From assembly GCF_009914755.1 (NCBI RefSeq), contig NC_060928.1: 64,000 nucleotides of DNA. One strand, written 5' to 3'. Of this stretch, positions 11,641 to 26,699 are shown one piece after another. Below the pieces are notes generated by a model. It did no database searches, was not told where the DNA came from, and saw nothing but the letters and a program-made list of their open reading frames with translations. Both the position numbers and the translations under genes were made by a program. Each line of letters starts with the position of its first letter. The stretch's first letter is position 1. This DNA comes from the human T2T-CHM13v2.0 reference genome, Homo sapiens.

Positions 11641-13040
11641 TTGGCTTTTATTGAATTAGAAAATCTTTAGAGAAAAAAAGATTACATTGTGGCAAATGGT
11701 CTAGATTGTGTGGTAACTATTCTTAGTGTTGTGGGGATTCAAAGAGGAAGATTCAGTGAGGACTGGCCCAAGGGGAAGTTTTTTTTTAAACCACATTCAA
11801 CACTTCAACTCTTCTTTAGTTTGGACAGGACAAAGAGTATCTAGGGTGTCCAGCTAGGGAAGAAAGAGAAGCAAGTGCAAGTCGTTGTGAAAAATTGGGG
11901 AGGGGGGTTGGTAGACAGCTTGGAGCAGGGAGTGGTCAGGCATAGAAGCCAATACGAGGATTTATGTTGAGATAGGTTGGATGGAACATAATGCAGAGAG
12001 CCATAAAAATCAAAAAGGAAAGTTAAATCTCATATGGAAAGGAATATGAAACTATTCATGTTTTAAAGCAAGTAAGAGATTGAACAAAGAAACCTAACTA
12101 GAGCATTTTAATTTTTACACAAAAGACAGCATATGATAGACACTCTTCTGTACCTAGCTACCTACCCTATTTCAGTGTCATATATGCTTTGAAAGCTTCT
12201 TATTTTGTTTGAAATGTTGAACCATGCAAATGTATTTTAAAAGTATTTCAAAAGAGATGTTAAAAGTATCCCAACGTTGTTCATTTTCTCAAGTTAATTT
12301 AATCTTTTGACACATTTTAACAAATTTGCATGGCTTAAAAGCCAAGAGTAAGTGAGGCATTTGTTGCAAAGATACAGGACATCAATAGTGTATTATGAGA
12401 GAGATGTTAAAGGGAAAAATGTCACTAGATTTAAATGTATGTTTTTATCTCTTAAACTATATCCTGGAGATCTTCCCATATCAGAGCATAGAGATCATCA
12501 TTATTCCATTTTTACAGCTGCATAGTATTCCATTGCATGACCATGTAGGCCACCTCACCTGAGTTTGAGTGTACCTGTGTGAGTGGGCCTCCGGCAGGAT
12601 TGGTAAGGTCAGAAGTGGACACACCGGTGGCCTCAGTAGATCACCCCAGATTCTCCTCTGTGTGAGTTATACAGTTCTGCACTTCTATCAGCAGTATCTG
12701 AGAGTATCTGTCCCCTAGCGTTTGTCCAACTGAGGATGTTCAACTTTTGAAGTTGGTCGATATAATAGCTAAGAAATATTATTTCAATGTAGTTTTCATT
12801 TGTGTTTCTTTTACAATGTGATTTCAAAGTTAAGGGAAATATCTGATGTAGAAGGAAAGCTTATGAGTTTAGCCTTTAGCCTGTTGTAATTAAGGAAAAT
12901 GAGAAACATCTAAGAGAATAGGAGTTCTGGCAAAACGGCAGGACCACTGAAGGGGCAATTTGAAAGTAATCATTGTATCATTAGGATCCGATTATTTAAG
13001 GTGTGTGTTTTTTTCTTAAAAATCAAGCAGCTTGATATAA

Positions 13041-13178
<138 letters not shown>

Positions 13179-14410
13179 TGAGAGACAACTTGATTTGAAA
13201 CATAAAATTAAGATAAATGGATAATACATAAATTTTAAACACAGATGAAAAAGTGGTGTTTGCTCATCACTCCTGGCTATGTAAAATATCTTAGCTTATT
13301 TATTATGGGTAGGTCTATGTAGCAATCAATCAATATTTCCGCAGTTGAGCTTCTCAGCAAGCACACGGGTTTATTTATTTTGATTAACAGATCTCTACTA
13401 GGTGATATATATATAACCCCATTTTTGTAATGATTTAAAGATTCCTACAATAGAGGAACCCTAAATACTGTAGAGGAATGTGAAAATAACTTTAGAAAGT
13501 CAGAGGAAGGAGGTTTTGAAGTTGGTCCAGGGGAGAATAGACCATAGGAGGCCAAGAAAGGTAAGTGAAGTCCTATGAGAATAGGAACTGGTATCCCATT
13601 CTACCCGAAGTGAAAAACAGAAAATATGATAGGAGTCACTGTTTTGATCTTGAAGAATCTAAATCAGTCTGGAATAGTAAATCTGAATGAAACAGGAGCA
13701 ACTTTTAAAAGGGACCTGATAAAGCGCAAGTGTCAGTAGCTACATATACAAAAGTGACTTCAGGGCAAAGCCTCATTGTCATGAACCCAGGCTCTAATCC
13801 TTCTCATCTCAAGAAATCTCTCCTGTCTGCCCTGGGCCAGTGCTATCCAGCTGCCCTCTGAATCCAGCGCTCCTCACCCCCAGTGGGGTATTGCCCCTTG
13901 GCAGGGTGCTTATTTACCCCTTACTTCAAAATTAATCTTTTCTCCTTTCCTTCTTCCCCTATCCAAACTTTTATCAACTAAAACCTTAGTTAAATTGACA
14001 CTAAAGTTGAATAGTAATTAGCTTAAGTGTAAAGAGAAGAGGTTTATTAATCCACAGGCATCTCTAATCAGGGAAATGTTTCAGGGAGAAGGGAGGAGTT
14101 GGCTTTGGGAAAGGGTTCCTTGCCTGCTTCAGGGATCCAGACACCTCCTGCCCAACCATCCTCCAAAACAATGGAACAAAATAATAAAATAAATGCAGCT
14201 TGGTAAAAGATACACAGTAGGCTAACTGCCTGAGATTTTTCTAGGCAATAAGTTTAAAGATCCATAAACAGCATGATTGATGGGTACAGAACCATGCATC
14301 ATGAGCTCCTTATGATGAAAGAAACCGTTATTGCCAAAGGAAAACTTGACTTAGCACATGACAAAGAATTCAAATCTACTTTCTTGTCTCTTACAAAAAT
14401 AATAGGATTA

Positions 14411-14742
<332 letters not shown>

Positions 14743-14764
14743 AACACTTCGGCTATAGTATTAT

Positions 14765-15127
14765 AATATACCCCCCTTATCCACAGGGAATATGTTCCAA
14801 GACACCCAAGGAATGCCTGAAACCACAGATAGTACCAAACCTATATATAGTATGTCTTTGTATCTGATCACTAAGACAGCTACTAAGTGACTCGGGGGCA
14901 GGCAGTGTATACGATATGAATAGGCTGGACATAGGGATCATTCACGTTCCAGGTGAGATGGAGAAGGACGATGCAGGGTTTCATCACACTATTCAGAACA
15001 GTGTGAAATTGAAAACTTATGAATTATTCATTTCCAGAATTTTTCATTTAATGTCTTTGGACTACTGTTGACAGTGAGTAACTGAAACCACAGAAAGTGA
15101 AAGTACAGATAAGGGAGGGGTACTGTA
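14765..15127. mobile_element. MER44-like (Tigger family) non-autonomous DNA transposon
   Basis: Terminal inverted repeats ccccccttatc ... gataagggagggtactg followed by TA; typical internal motifs. Confidence 0.7.
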
Positions 15128-15620
15128 ATTCCATAGTAGAAATATGAATTTGCTCATAATTTTTCCTGGCTTAGAATATCAGCCTAATATTGAAACATGG
15201 CTTGGAATGTTTTATTAACTAATTTAGTAAAAAAAACAAATCAGTATAAGAAATGCTCATTGATCTTAAGCATTCCATAGGAGGAGAGTCTAATTTCCTT
15301 ACAGATTATGCAGACCATTAAAATATGCAAATGAAACATGAGATAATAAGTTTTATTAGTTTTTATAGGTGTATCACAATAGCCACATATTAAATGTGAG
15401 AATTTGAAATGGAAGACTTGCCAACTGCCAAGTCATCCTAAATGAAAGAGGAAACAATTAGAAACAGTTGAGTTTAGAGATATCAGAATGCATAGGTGAC
15501 ATGTTTATTATATTTTAAAGCATGTTTGAAAGAGAAGAGAAAAGCACTAGAAATATTGTCACCAGTGTGATTATCAATTGAATGTTCTTTTGTTTTAATT
15601 TGGGCCAATGTTTTCAATAG

Positions 15621-15688
15621 GTGATCAACACAACCCAAGACCCCTGTTCCTGGGTGGATAAACTTTCTACAGTACACCACCGCATAGT
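15621..15688 (+). CDS. TMEM144: TMEM144 coding exon (68 nt)
   Basis: ttttcaatag| ... |gtaagg; VINTTQDPCSWVDKLSTVHHRI(V); phase 0 in, phase 2 out. Confidence 0.93.
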
Positions 15689-16870
15689 GTAAGGAGAGGT
15701 TACTTCTTTGCTCTATTACTCTGTTTCATATTTGGTTAAAGCAGGGATTACCAGCATGAAGTAATGTTCATCTGAGTTCAAGAAGAAAATTGTAATGCAA
15801 GCTTTGACTTCTATCTCCATGCGGCGAGGTTTTTTTGTCCCCAGCTGAATTTTAGGTACAGATGCCCTTGAGCTCAACTGCTTTGAGTAATTACTAAATC
15901 ATTGCATTTATCTCCAAATGATAAGTAGATAATAAAAGCAACCTAATTTTGCATGACTTGTGTAGCTAAAGTAAAAGAGGTAGTAACGTGACCAACCTGC
16001 TCTCAGCAGTCATAGTCAGATTAGGCAATAAACTTGTCTAGCACTGCACCACCCAGGATGCCCACCCTGCTCTGGGAATCCCCACACTCCTGTGTTTAGA
16101 CAGTTATATAATTCCAGACATTCATTGTCAAATATAGTGGAACATTCTGTGTCCGTGTGGGTCCTACTCCCTCTATCTCCATAAGAACTCAGAGAGTTGG
16201 GCTCAACATCAGCCCCTCTACTTTAGGGTGTTTTTTTTGTGGTTGTTCTGTTTTTTGGACTTCCAAATAAATATGAAAATACACACTAGTATATAGTTTG
16301 CATTTTACATTTGATGGCTGCTTTAAACTTCATGTGGTGACACCTTTTGACTCAAGAATATAAAGCCTTCTTTTTGATAGCGTGTATGCTATGTTTACAG
16401 GGGGAAAGAGCAGCACCTGACACATAGTAGATACTCAATAAATATTTGAATAATTTGAATGAATGAAAGAATAACAAACAACATTTGGAAGAAATAAATA
16501 TGTTGCTGGTTTTGCGTCAGAATAAAACCAACCTTTCAAACAAAAAATTTTTTCAAATTTTTTTTTCACAAAGCCTCCCCTTCATTAAGATATTTTTAAA
16601 GAAAAATATGTTAGTTGTCTTGTAATTAGCTAGGCTTAGTCTATTAGTCTTGTCTGCGTTTGGGACGCTCCACGGCTATGAAGTCCAGACCTCACGTGAC
16701 ACAGGGATTTCCAGGATGAGTAGAACATGTTGCCAAGGTGGTCTTGTGAATTTCTACAGGCTCATGTTACTTTATAGTACTATTTAAATTGACTGATTTA
16801 ATTTTTAAGCTTTGGAGGGAATTGTTTTTGCCTACAACTGTCTTCTGTTTGGAAGGGTTTTTTGTGTGAT

Positions 16871-16969
16871 TTTTTTGTTTTTTTTAGAGACAAGGTCTCA
16901 CTCTGTCGCCTGGGCTGGAGTGCAGTGGCAAAGTGCTGGGATTATAGGCAAAAGCCACCACGCCTGGCC
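16871..16969 (-). mobile_element. Internally deleted Alu
   Basis: Alu 3' end (gagacaaggtctcactctgtc...tgcagtggc) joined directly to the Alu 5' end (aaagtgctgggatta...cgcctggcc). Confidence 0.8.
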
Positions 16970-17690
16970 TGTTTTCTGTTTTCTGTCATTGTCCTTTGTG
17001 TTAACTTCAAGGAACTGTTCCAAAATATGAATCACCTCCCCCTACAATCATTGGAAATGCTTGCTTCATGCAGATATGGCCCAAGTCTGGGGAGTCCGCC
17101 TGACTCCAGTGCTGAAAATGAAACATTTTCTTTTTTATAAAAAGAAATGTTTTGTCTGAAATACCCAGATTATTTAATTAAATCAGCACTTCTTCTTGAC
17201 CATGGCATTGTCAACTAAGGCATAGGCAAGTTCGTGGATTTCAATAGTTGTTTTCAACAAAAATGCATTTAGTACTTAGTCTGTCCTAGTTCTGTGCTGG
17301 ATAGCATGGCCTGTTAAAATTTTTAAAAAATCATAAAGCATGGTGTCAGTATATAGATATCTCAATTTAATTAGAGTGCCAAGTTTATTTATGTAGACTG
17401 TACAATATAACTGTAGCAATATTCTCATCTATGTAATGACAACATAATTATAATCCATTTTAATTTCTATAAATCATGTACTTCTAAAATTAGACACTGG
17501 TGGACTGAAGCTGTCCTCCTAGTCCTGATGCCACTTTAATACTGCAGGGTATTTCTGTGACTTCCGCCAGTCACAGAGCTTGAGATAAATGGATGGTTTT
17601 TGCTTGTTTGTGATTTGCCTTTTGAAGCATGTTTATGATTCCATTTGTGCGTTTGTCAGAAATACTGCTTTGAGCCAAGATTAATAGTGA

Positions 17691-17870
<180 letters not shown>

Positions 17871-19159
17871 TGAATATAAAAAGAATTGTGATAATAGTAA
17901 ATATTGATGGGTCGATTCGATCTTTCTTTGTCCTTGTAAGTGGCGAATTAGAAAGGCATTGAACACCAAAAATAATAAAGGATTGAGCATTTTCATATGA
18001 TCTTTAACATACAAATGCAACCAACTTTAGCCAGGACTCTTTTCAACTACTTGGATCTCAACACATGGTTTCTGACTTTCCAGTAAGATTTGGAAATTAT
18101 TTTCCAGTTAGATGATCTCTGGGAAAATATATATACTTCTGTTCTTTTAAAAAGGCTAAAGTGTAGTACATAGTACTTTAAAATGAGGTAAAGGTTAATG
18201 TATAGCCTACTTGGTCAGAGGATATTATTTTTAAAGTACAGAGTCATGCACTGGAAGGCCCAATGTAATGCTTCCTGTTAATATCTCAGTTTCCATTGAC
18301 AGAATTAATCTCCCAAGAGTAAACTCAATACTATATGCAATAGCCTTGTACAGGTTCAAAAGGAGATGAAAGTGTTTACTTTGGGGATCTACTAATTATG
18401 TTGAAGCATGGCTTACAACCATGAAATGATAAGAGAATAAGATCATTCATAAAATAAAGTTCTAAATCAGATGGCACAGAAAATTAATGTGACCTCTGTT
18501 CAGATAAAGGAGAATTTGGAGGGCAAAAGTCGTGAGGGAAAGATTGTTAAAGAAGTTGAGATTTGAACTCAACTTTAACAGAATGGATAGACTGAGTAGA
18601 TGCCATAATTTCCATCTTCCTTTTTATAGTTAGCCCCATGTATATTACTCAAACCTTTTACTGACTTCTGTCTTTCTTTTGTTAAAATTTTATACAAATA
18701 CTTTTTTGCATTTTTACAAAAAGATAGAAATTAATAAAAATAGAATAACATAGAATAAATTAAAACAAGGTCTCACTAAAGAAAGAAAAACAAGAGTGGG
18801 TATATAAAAGGAACCAGAAACGAATCTAAAAACTTTATACTACATTTGTATACTTGCTAGAAAGGAGGCATAAATTTGGCTCTTAGAGTCCTTGTAGGCA
18901 CAAGGGAAATCAGATCAGTCTCATGATTCAATGAGCACAAGATAAAAACAACTAATTGTTCAGGAGCACAGATGTTCTTGGTACAGGGACATAATAAACA
19001 GTGTCCTCACCAATCTCCACACAAAGAGAACAATGGCTTCTTAGGGATCTTGCTTGTGACAACTCTGAATGTAATGTGATGGGAACACTTTATCCCAGTT
19101 TATTCAAAAATAATGAGGGGGGATTATTTTTATTTCATTTATTTAAAAACACATATGTA

Positions 19160-19350
19160 ATATGTGCTCTGTCCTAAGTATTTTACAAATACTCAGTTAA
19201 TTCTCATAGCAACTAATACCCTTTCTTTGTTTTACGATTGAGAAAATTAAGACAGAGACGTGAGATGATTTGTCCAAGTCCCAAAGTTAGTGAGTATTGA
19301 AATGAGGATTTGCACCCAGGTGGTCCATGCTTTTAATCACTGTATTTTGC
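19160..19350 (-). mobile_element. MIR
   Basis: ttttacgattgagaaaattaagacagaga...tttgtccaagtcccaaagttagtgagt, an antisense MIR core. Confidence 0.6.
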
Positions 19351-20062
19351 TTTCTTTTGTGGTGGTCCATATATAGATGTATTGCCCTTACATGATCCAG
19401 AAATAGGATTTAAGACTTAGAGCAACAGACAAACTCTCTGTCAAACTTTTCTTCCTAAACATGGCCACTCATCTTTGTCAAAATTTTAGGGGACAGAAAC
19501 ATTAAATCCAACATGGCTTTCCCAGCCAAGAACCTGTAGTGCACCCATCTGTGTGGCCACAGTCCCATCTGCTTAAACAGTCAGTGGAGTTGGGATTTTT
19601 CCGAGATTGGGCCACCATGATGTGATATTAACTCCCCCATGTACTTCGTTTTATAATCAACAATTGAATAAAGCCCTCTCTGGATTAACTTCCTGAACAG
19701 CCTTCTGTACAGCTGTCATCTGCAACAGAGATGCTGGTCTCCAGATTGATCAATGGATCCTGTAAAGTTAGCACCCCCAATTTTTTTCATTCACATTCTC
19801 ACTGTGGTCAACCTGAGGATTTGCTATAATTGCTATTGTCATTAGTAAAATTAGGCCTGAGTGCCTATTTTTAAAAGGGAGGTATTAACATCATAGTTAC
19901 ATAATTCATTGTTTCTTATTTAGCTTTACCAGATGATCATAAAAACTAGCCTTTAGTTTTGATTATAGTAACTAATTTACTACTTAATGTATCTAGATTT
20001 TAAATATATTAATTAAAATTCTATATGAACAGCATGTAGAAAACTAGGATGATTAAATATAA

Positions 20063-20367
<305 letters not shown>

Positions 20368-20468
20368 TAATTAATGGTTTATTTGCCTTTAAGGTTAATT
20401 CTGGTGAGTTTATTTTCAGAAATCTAAATATATCTGGAATGATTAAAATGGTGTTTGAGAGTTTTTAA

Positions 20469-20663
<195 letters not shown>

Positions 20664-21537
20664 TGAATAAGTTTCTTCTGGAAACAAAGCCATCCTCTGT
20701 GTGTATATGTGGTGTGTGTGTGTTGTGTGTGTGTGTGTGTGCATGTTCATTCCCCCTAATTACTTTTGCCCAGTTCACCACCAAATATGAAGTATTTTAA
20801 ATCCTTGAAACTGAATATGCAATGTTGGCCATTATTACAGAACCTAAAACTTAAACAATAAATCTACTAATAAGATATTTTCCTGTGCCAAACATCTTCT
20901 GTATTGATCATCATTCTTTACTATTTCTTTTTCACTATCTAAAGGTTCATATATCAACAAATAGGAATATGCAGTAACTTGGGAAAACAGTTTCTACAAA
21001 ATGTAAGAAGAGATCGTGATGACTTCAAAAAAGACATATGTTAAACATACATGCTTTTGGATTTAATTCATTAGGCATTGATCTTTTTTAAAAATCTCAT
21101 TTAGGAGTTTATTATGATTCAATTTGGAATGTAGGTCCACAAGTAAAATTTTTTAAAGGCAAAAATAAAGCATAAGTCAGAGACTTGTTCTGAATGCCTA
21201 ACAGATTTATGCTAAAGAATGCCACCGTGTAGAAAATGCTAGAATACTGAATGCCTAGCTAAAGTGCTGTGAAAGTTTTAGCTGGTAGTTTTACTTAAAT
21301 ACTACAGGTTTTTTTTTTTTCTTAGCCGTAGCATCACTCTGATCCACTTTATTAATATCTATGGTTTACGGTAAATGGTATTTGCAGATAATGTTCGGGT
21401 TCAGTATGTCCCCTAGTCCCCTTTTCATCACCCAGTCTCTACCTCTTTTACTACTATGGGTACTTTAATGCTGATAATGTGAAAGCATTGATCACTCTAC
21501 CCATAGCAGGCAAGAGTAGAGAAATTACTTGCTCTAA

Positions 21538-21798
<261 letters not shown>

Positions 21799-24478
21799 TG
21801 AACTGGTTTTCCTAATTTTCATTTTATAAATGTAAACCCAATTTTTCTGAAGCACTCTTAGGGCATCGCTAAAGACTGTCATGGAGTTTGATTTTTTAGG
21901 AATACAATTAATGGATTCAGATAGATAAACTGACCCTCTTGAATCTTCATGTGCTTGATTGCTAAGGAACATTTCTCACCTCATTTTAGCAGGGCTGTTA
22001 CTCCTTAATCTTTAATATCCTTGCAGTTTTTGGTTTGATTGGTTTATCTAATGTAATTTTAGCGACATTGTAATTTGCTATTGATAACTATTATTCTCTC
22101 CTTATATAAAAGTTTATAAATATGGGACCTCTTAAAGGGAACATTGAAAAACAAACAAACAATATCCTTCACAAAACTTTTATAGTAGACAGAGAGTTGG
22201 TTTTTCTACCATTGTTTCTTGTTTTGAGTTAGAATAAAGACTGAGGACAAAATGAAAGCCTAATTCAAAGGAAATAAACCACTGAAGTAGGTGAGTGTGG
22301 GCAGAGGATCAGTGAAAGTGGTCACTGTGGCTTTTGGCAACCTGCCCATCACAGAGATTATTCTTGAAAAACTGTAATGGAAGCAAAGCCTTCTCACTCA
22401 CCAGGCATAACTTTCTTACCTTGTGCGCTTGGTGCTTGTTATCTGGGAAGGACAGGTATTTGGAATTGGTGAGGGAGTAGGTCCCTATTGCTACCAGGCC
22501 CTTGCTTGGTTTTATTTTAGTCACTTTATCCAAGGACAACCTTATCTACACACAGAAGAGTTAGTCCCTACCCTCAACAATCTTACATTCTTCATTATTT
22601 TATTTTTTTGGTAGGGCTAGATTTTTAAAACTTTTTTAAACTTAAAATGTCAAACGAACCTATCACCTAGTTTCAACAATTATGAATATGGTCAATCAAT
22701 TTTATCAGAATACATTTTAAATATCCCAGCAGTGCTGTTCTTCTCAGGTATACATATTCCCATAGTTATATATCCAGTGGTAACTAGACTGAGTTCCTTG
22801 AAAGTAGTATCCACTTTGTTTATTAGCAAATAACATTCCATTAAAAAGCTAAAAAAAAAGAAAGAAAGAAAGAAAAAAGTCACCTAGCAGGGGCTGTTAC
22901 CTCTGCTCCATGTCTTCCTTGATAATTCTAAACTGAATCAGCTTAATCTTAAGATAGGAGCGAGTTCACTTTGTTTTCAAAGGCTGATTTACACCTAACT
23001 TACATTAGTTTACAAAAGGAAAATATACAATCCAAATTACCAAAACTGTTGTATCTCCTATGAAGATGTCCTTCCTATTTGGCTCTCCTTGGCCTGAATC
23101 AAAGAGTCAGTACATACTTTGACCTATGCTTGCATTACTTTTACCAAAGCACCCTTCCTGTAACCACACTACTCACGATAACTCTTAGGCCATGCTTAAA
23201 CTCATATTTAGAAAACAATCAGACAAGAATCTTCAAAGGTCAATGATACCTTGTGGTATTGTCCTGTACCATGTTCTCTGAAGGGAAATGGATTTTCAGA
23301 TTAAAAATTCTTGAGTGATTAGCATAACATTAATATGGTATCCTCTGTTCTATTGTTTCCTCTCATTCTGTTGAAAGTCAGTGTGGGTTGCCTAAAAGAC
23401 CCATATGCTTCTTGTTTGATTTGGATTTTGAGGCTTAGGAACTTACATCATTGATAAAAGGCAGTTCCTTTGACCTATTTCTCTGGCTCTTTTGATGTTG
23501 ACTTTCCAGATACTGATAAACAGAGAGGAGTGTATTTTTTTTGTTTCACTTACATACCAAGAGTGGAATCAAACTTCATTGACTCAGTCCTTTTGTCAGT
23601 TGGAGTAGTGGTAGGGGAAAAACATTTTGGAATCTATTTGAAACTCTTCCAGAGTTTCTCGGAGTTTGAAAAGCAATCATAAAAATGCTGATACAATACA
23701 CCTTCTCCACAAAGACCACACCTAGCCCGCATTCCAATTTTCTTCCTTCTCAGCTAAGAAGAATTACCACCAAACTTGAATAGCTTAAAGTTTATAAATT
23801 GCAGAACCATTCCTTTTTTTCACCTGTTTCTTCTCATTTCCTCTGTCCTGTATTATTTCATTCTTTTCTTTGTCTCCTGCCCAGAAACCCCTATTGTTTT
23901 TCCTTACACGTTTATTTTAATCTTCCCATAAACCTTTTTTTAGCATTCATTGGTGTTTAATGTTAGCCAGACTTGATTGCTCTGTAGTAATATCAGTTAA
24001 AAAAATTTTTAAAGCACGAGCTACTTCCACAAGTACATTATTTGTTAGGCCAAAAAGAATATGCCAAAATTTCTTCAGTTACAAGATTATCTCATGCCAA
24101 AGAAAGTTAGAAGCTTGTGCACACTTTTTCTTATTAATCCCATTTCTAGTATCCTAAGGAACTAGGCCAATGGAAAAAATAAGCTATGTGCTTATAAAAA
24201 TAATTTATGTCAGATATATTAAAGTATTATGTGGCACAAAATATTATAGCATCATCAAAATAATCAAAATGAAGACCATGAAGAAAAGAAAATGAAAAAA
24301 AGTCTTCATTTTTTTTACTTAATATCACCTAAAGTTTAGCTTAGTGTGGAGTTAGGGTTGATATTATGGGTAGTTTTCCCTGAAAATATGTTTATACTGT
24401 CTCTAACTTACTATATTTATATAGAATCTAGTCATAGGTAAATATCCAATTTAATTAAAATTTATATTTTTATTTAAG

Positions 24479-24532
24479 GGTCCAGGATTTATAGCTGCAA
24501 TGTGGGGTATCTTCATGTTTAAGGAAATAAAG
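24479..24532 (+). CDS. TMEM144: TMEM144 penultimate coding exon (54 nt)
   Basis: tttttatttaag| ... |gtatgt; GPGFIAAMWGIFMFKEIK; phase 0 to phase 0. Confidence 0.93.
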
Positions 24533-24575
24533 GTATGTACAAGAAAGGGCAGACTTAGAAAATGGGAATGGGGTA

Positions 24576-24862
24576 GGCCGGGCGTGGTGGCTCACGCTTG
24601 TCCTGGCACTTTGGGAGGCCGAGGCAGGTGGATCGTGAGGTTAGGAGTTCAAGACCAGCCTGGCCGAGATGGTGAAACCCCGTCTCTACTAAAAATACAA
24701 AAAATTAGCTGGGTGTGGTGGTGTGCACCTGTAATCCCAGCTACTTGGGAGGCTGAGGCAGAGAATTGCTTGAACCCGGGAGGCGGAGGTTGCAGTGAGT
24801 CAAGATCACGCCACTGCCCTCCAGTCTGGGCAAAAGAGCGAGACTCCATCTCAAAAAAGAAA
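24576..24862 (+). mobile_element. AluS, 43 nt downstream of the exon donor
   Basis: Full Alu; TSD agaaaatgggaatg at 24557-24570 and 24863-24876. Confidence 0.95.
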
Positions 24863-25393
24863 AGAAAATGGGAATGCATTCAGGTGAGTAAAGTATTTAA
24901 TATGTTTGTGTTATTATCTGAAAACTGCCTGTGGTGCCTAGGTCCAGGGCCAACAACTCATGAATGGATTTGACAGATAAAATGTTCAGAATGTGATAAT
25001 ACCTAATTAGGAAAGAAAATACTAGAGCTATGATAATTATAATGTAACATCATGTCTCTCTCCACCCCATCTCCAATGGAAAAATGCTGTCGTTGACTTA
25101 AATTTCCCTGAAGTGATTTTAAATAACCCAGTGAAATATGAGAGAGGGAAATTTGTTTAAAATATGATAAACAAGATGAAAGATTTTTTTTTTATCCTAA
25201 AGGTTAAAGTATCCCCTGAGGTAAATCATCTTTGGGAATAGATGTTTATATTGGTTCCTATGTCTCCCAAAGACCTCCATGTCAAACCAGCAATTTTGTA
25301 GGAAAACAGCATGGTAACAGGAGGCTATTGCCATTTCCTTTTCAAATGTAAATGATGGGAATTTAAAATTGCATTCATCAAATAGTTCTAGTA

Positions 25394-25396
<3 letters not shown>

Positions 25397-25440
<44 letters not shown>
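25397..25440. repeat. (GT)n microsatellite
   Basis: About 22 perfect GT units. Confidence 0.95.
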
Positions 25441-25444
<4 letters not shown>

Positions 25445-25463
25445 TTTCTTTAAAAATCACTTT

Positions 25464-26272
25464 GCCGAGCATGGTGGCATGCATCTATATTCCCAGCTAC
25501 TCAGGAGGCTGAGGCAGCAGCATCACTTGAGCCCAGGAGTTTGATGTCAGCCTGGGCAATCACAACGACAACAAAAGGTACAGTCTCAAGAGTCCAACTG
25601 GGTTCAAATCCTGGCTCTGTCACATACTAGCTGTGTGACCTTGGCCAAGTTTCTTAACCTCTCTGTGTGTATAGTCCTTATCTGAAAATGGGGATAACCA
25701 ACCAAGAGAGCTGAGAGAATATGAGTAAAGTGCTAAAAACACTACCAAGAACACAATAAATGCTCAGTTAATTTTGGGGGTGAGGGTCATATAACCTAGC
25801 CCAAACTGTCGATAGCAAAATAAAACAAGTTAGGAGCAGTGGCTCACACCTGTAATCCCAGCACTTGCGGGAGGATTGCTTGAGCCCAGGAGTTTGAGAC
25901 CAGCCTAGGCAACATAGCAAAACCGCTATCTCTACAAAAACAATTTAAAAATTAGCCAGGTGTGGTGAGGAACACTTGTAGTCACAGCCACTCAGAAGGC
26001 TAAGGAGGGAGGATTCCTTGGGTTCAGGAGGTCAAGGCTGCAGCAAGCCATGATCATACCACTACACTCCAATCTGGACAGCTGAGTGAAACCCTGTCTC
26101 CTCAAAAAAGAAAAAGAAAAAAAAAGAAAGAATAAGAAAACTCACAAAATCAGAGAACTTCTCCCCTTCTAGCCAGGCATGGTGGCATCTACCTGTAGTC
26201 CAACTATGCAGGAGGATCACTTGAGCCTAGGAGTTCAAGTCTAGCCTGGGCAACATAGTAAGACCCTGTCTC
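25464..26272 (+). mobile_element. Cluster: FLAM/Alu monomer (25464-25560), MIR (~25590-25770), AluJ (~25830-26135), FLAM (~26171-26272)
   Basis: Alu box motifs (cacttgagcccaggagttt) and MIR core (gggttcaaatcctggctctgtcacatactagctgtgtgaccttgg). Confidence 0.8.
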
Positions 26273-26699
26273 CCTAACAATTTAAAGATTTTAAAATGTT
26301 TAATCTTTTTTTAAAAAATTGCTTTGGAACTTTTCCCAGTTACCTTTACTTGTAGAAAAAGTCTTCAGTTGAGGAATATATGCAAATACTCTTTTATAAG
26401 AATTTTTATTAAAGACAATGTTGATCCAAAGACCCCTCCCCAATCAAGTCATCATAGACCTGTCTTAATATGCAGTTGTAGTAGCAAATAATTCCTGGTT
26501 CTAAGGAGATTGATGTTGCTAATCTCTAACAACCATAAAGTGAATGTACTTCTACCTGATCTTTAAAATGATTATTCAATTTTAGATTTAAAACATCATT
26601 TCAATCATTGTAAATGAAATATTTTGATTTAAAATCCATTATTTGATAATACAAGTAACATTCTCAGATTTAAAAAATAATAAACTTGTTTCAAAAATA

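Noticed and set aside
15615-15626. AG|GTGA at an exon start resembling a recursive splice site
   Set aside because: GTGATC is a poor donor, the upstream intron is short, and GTG is simply the Val codon
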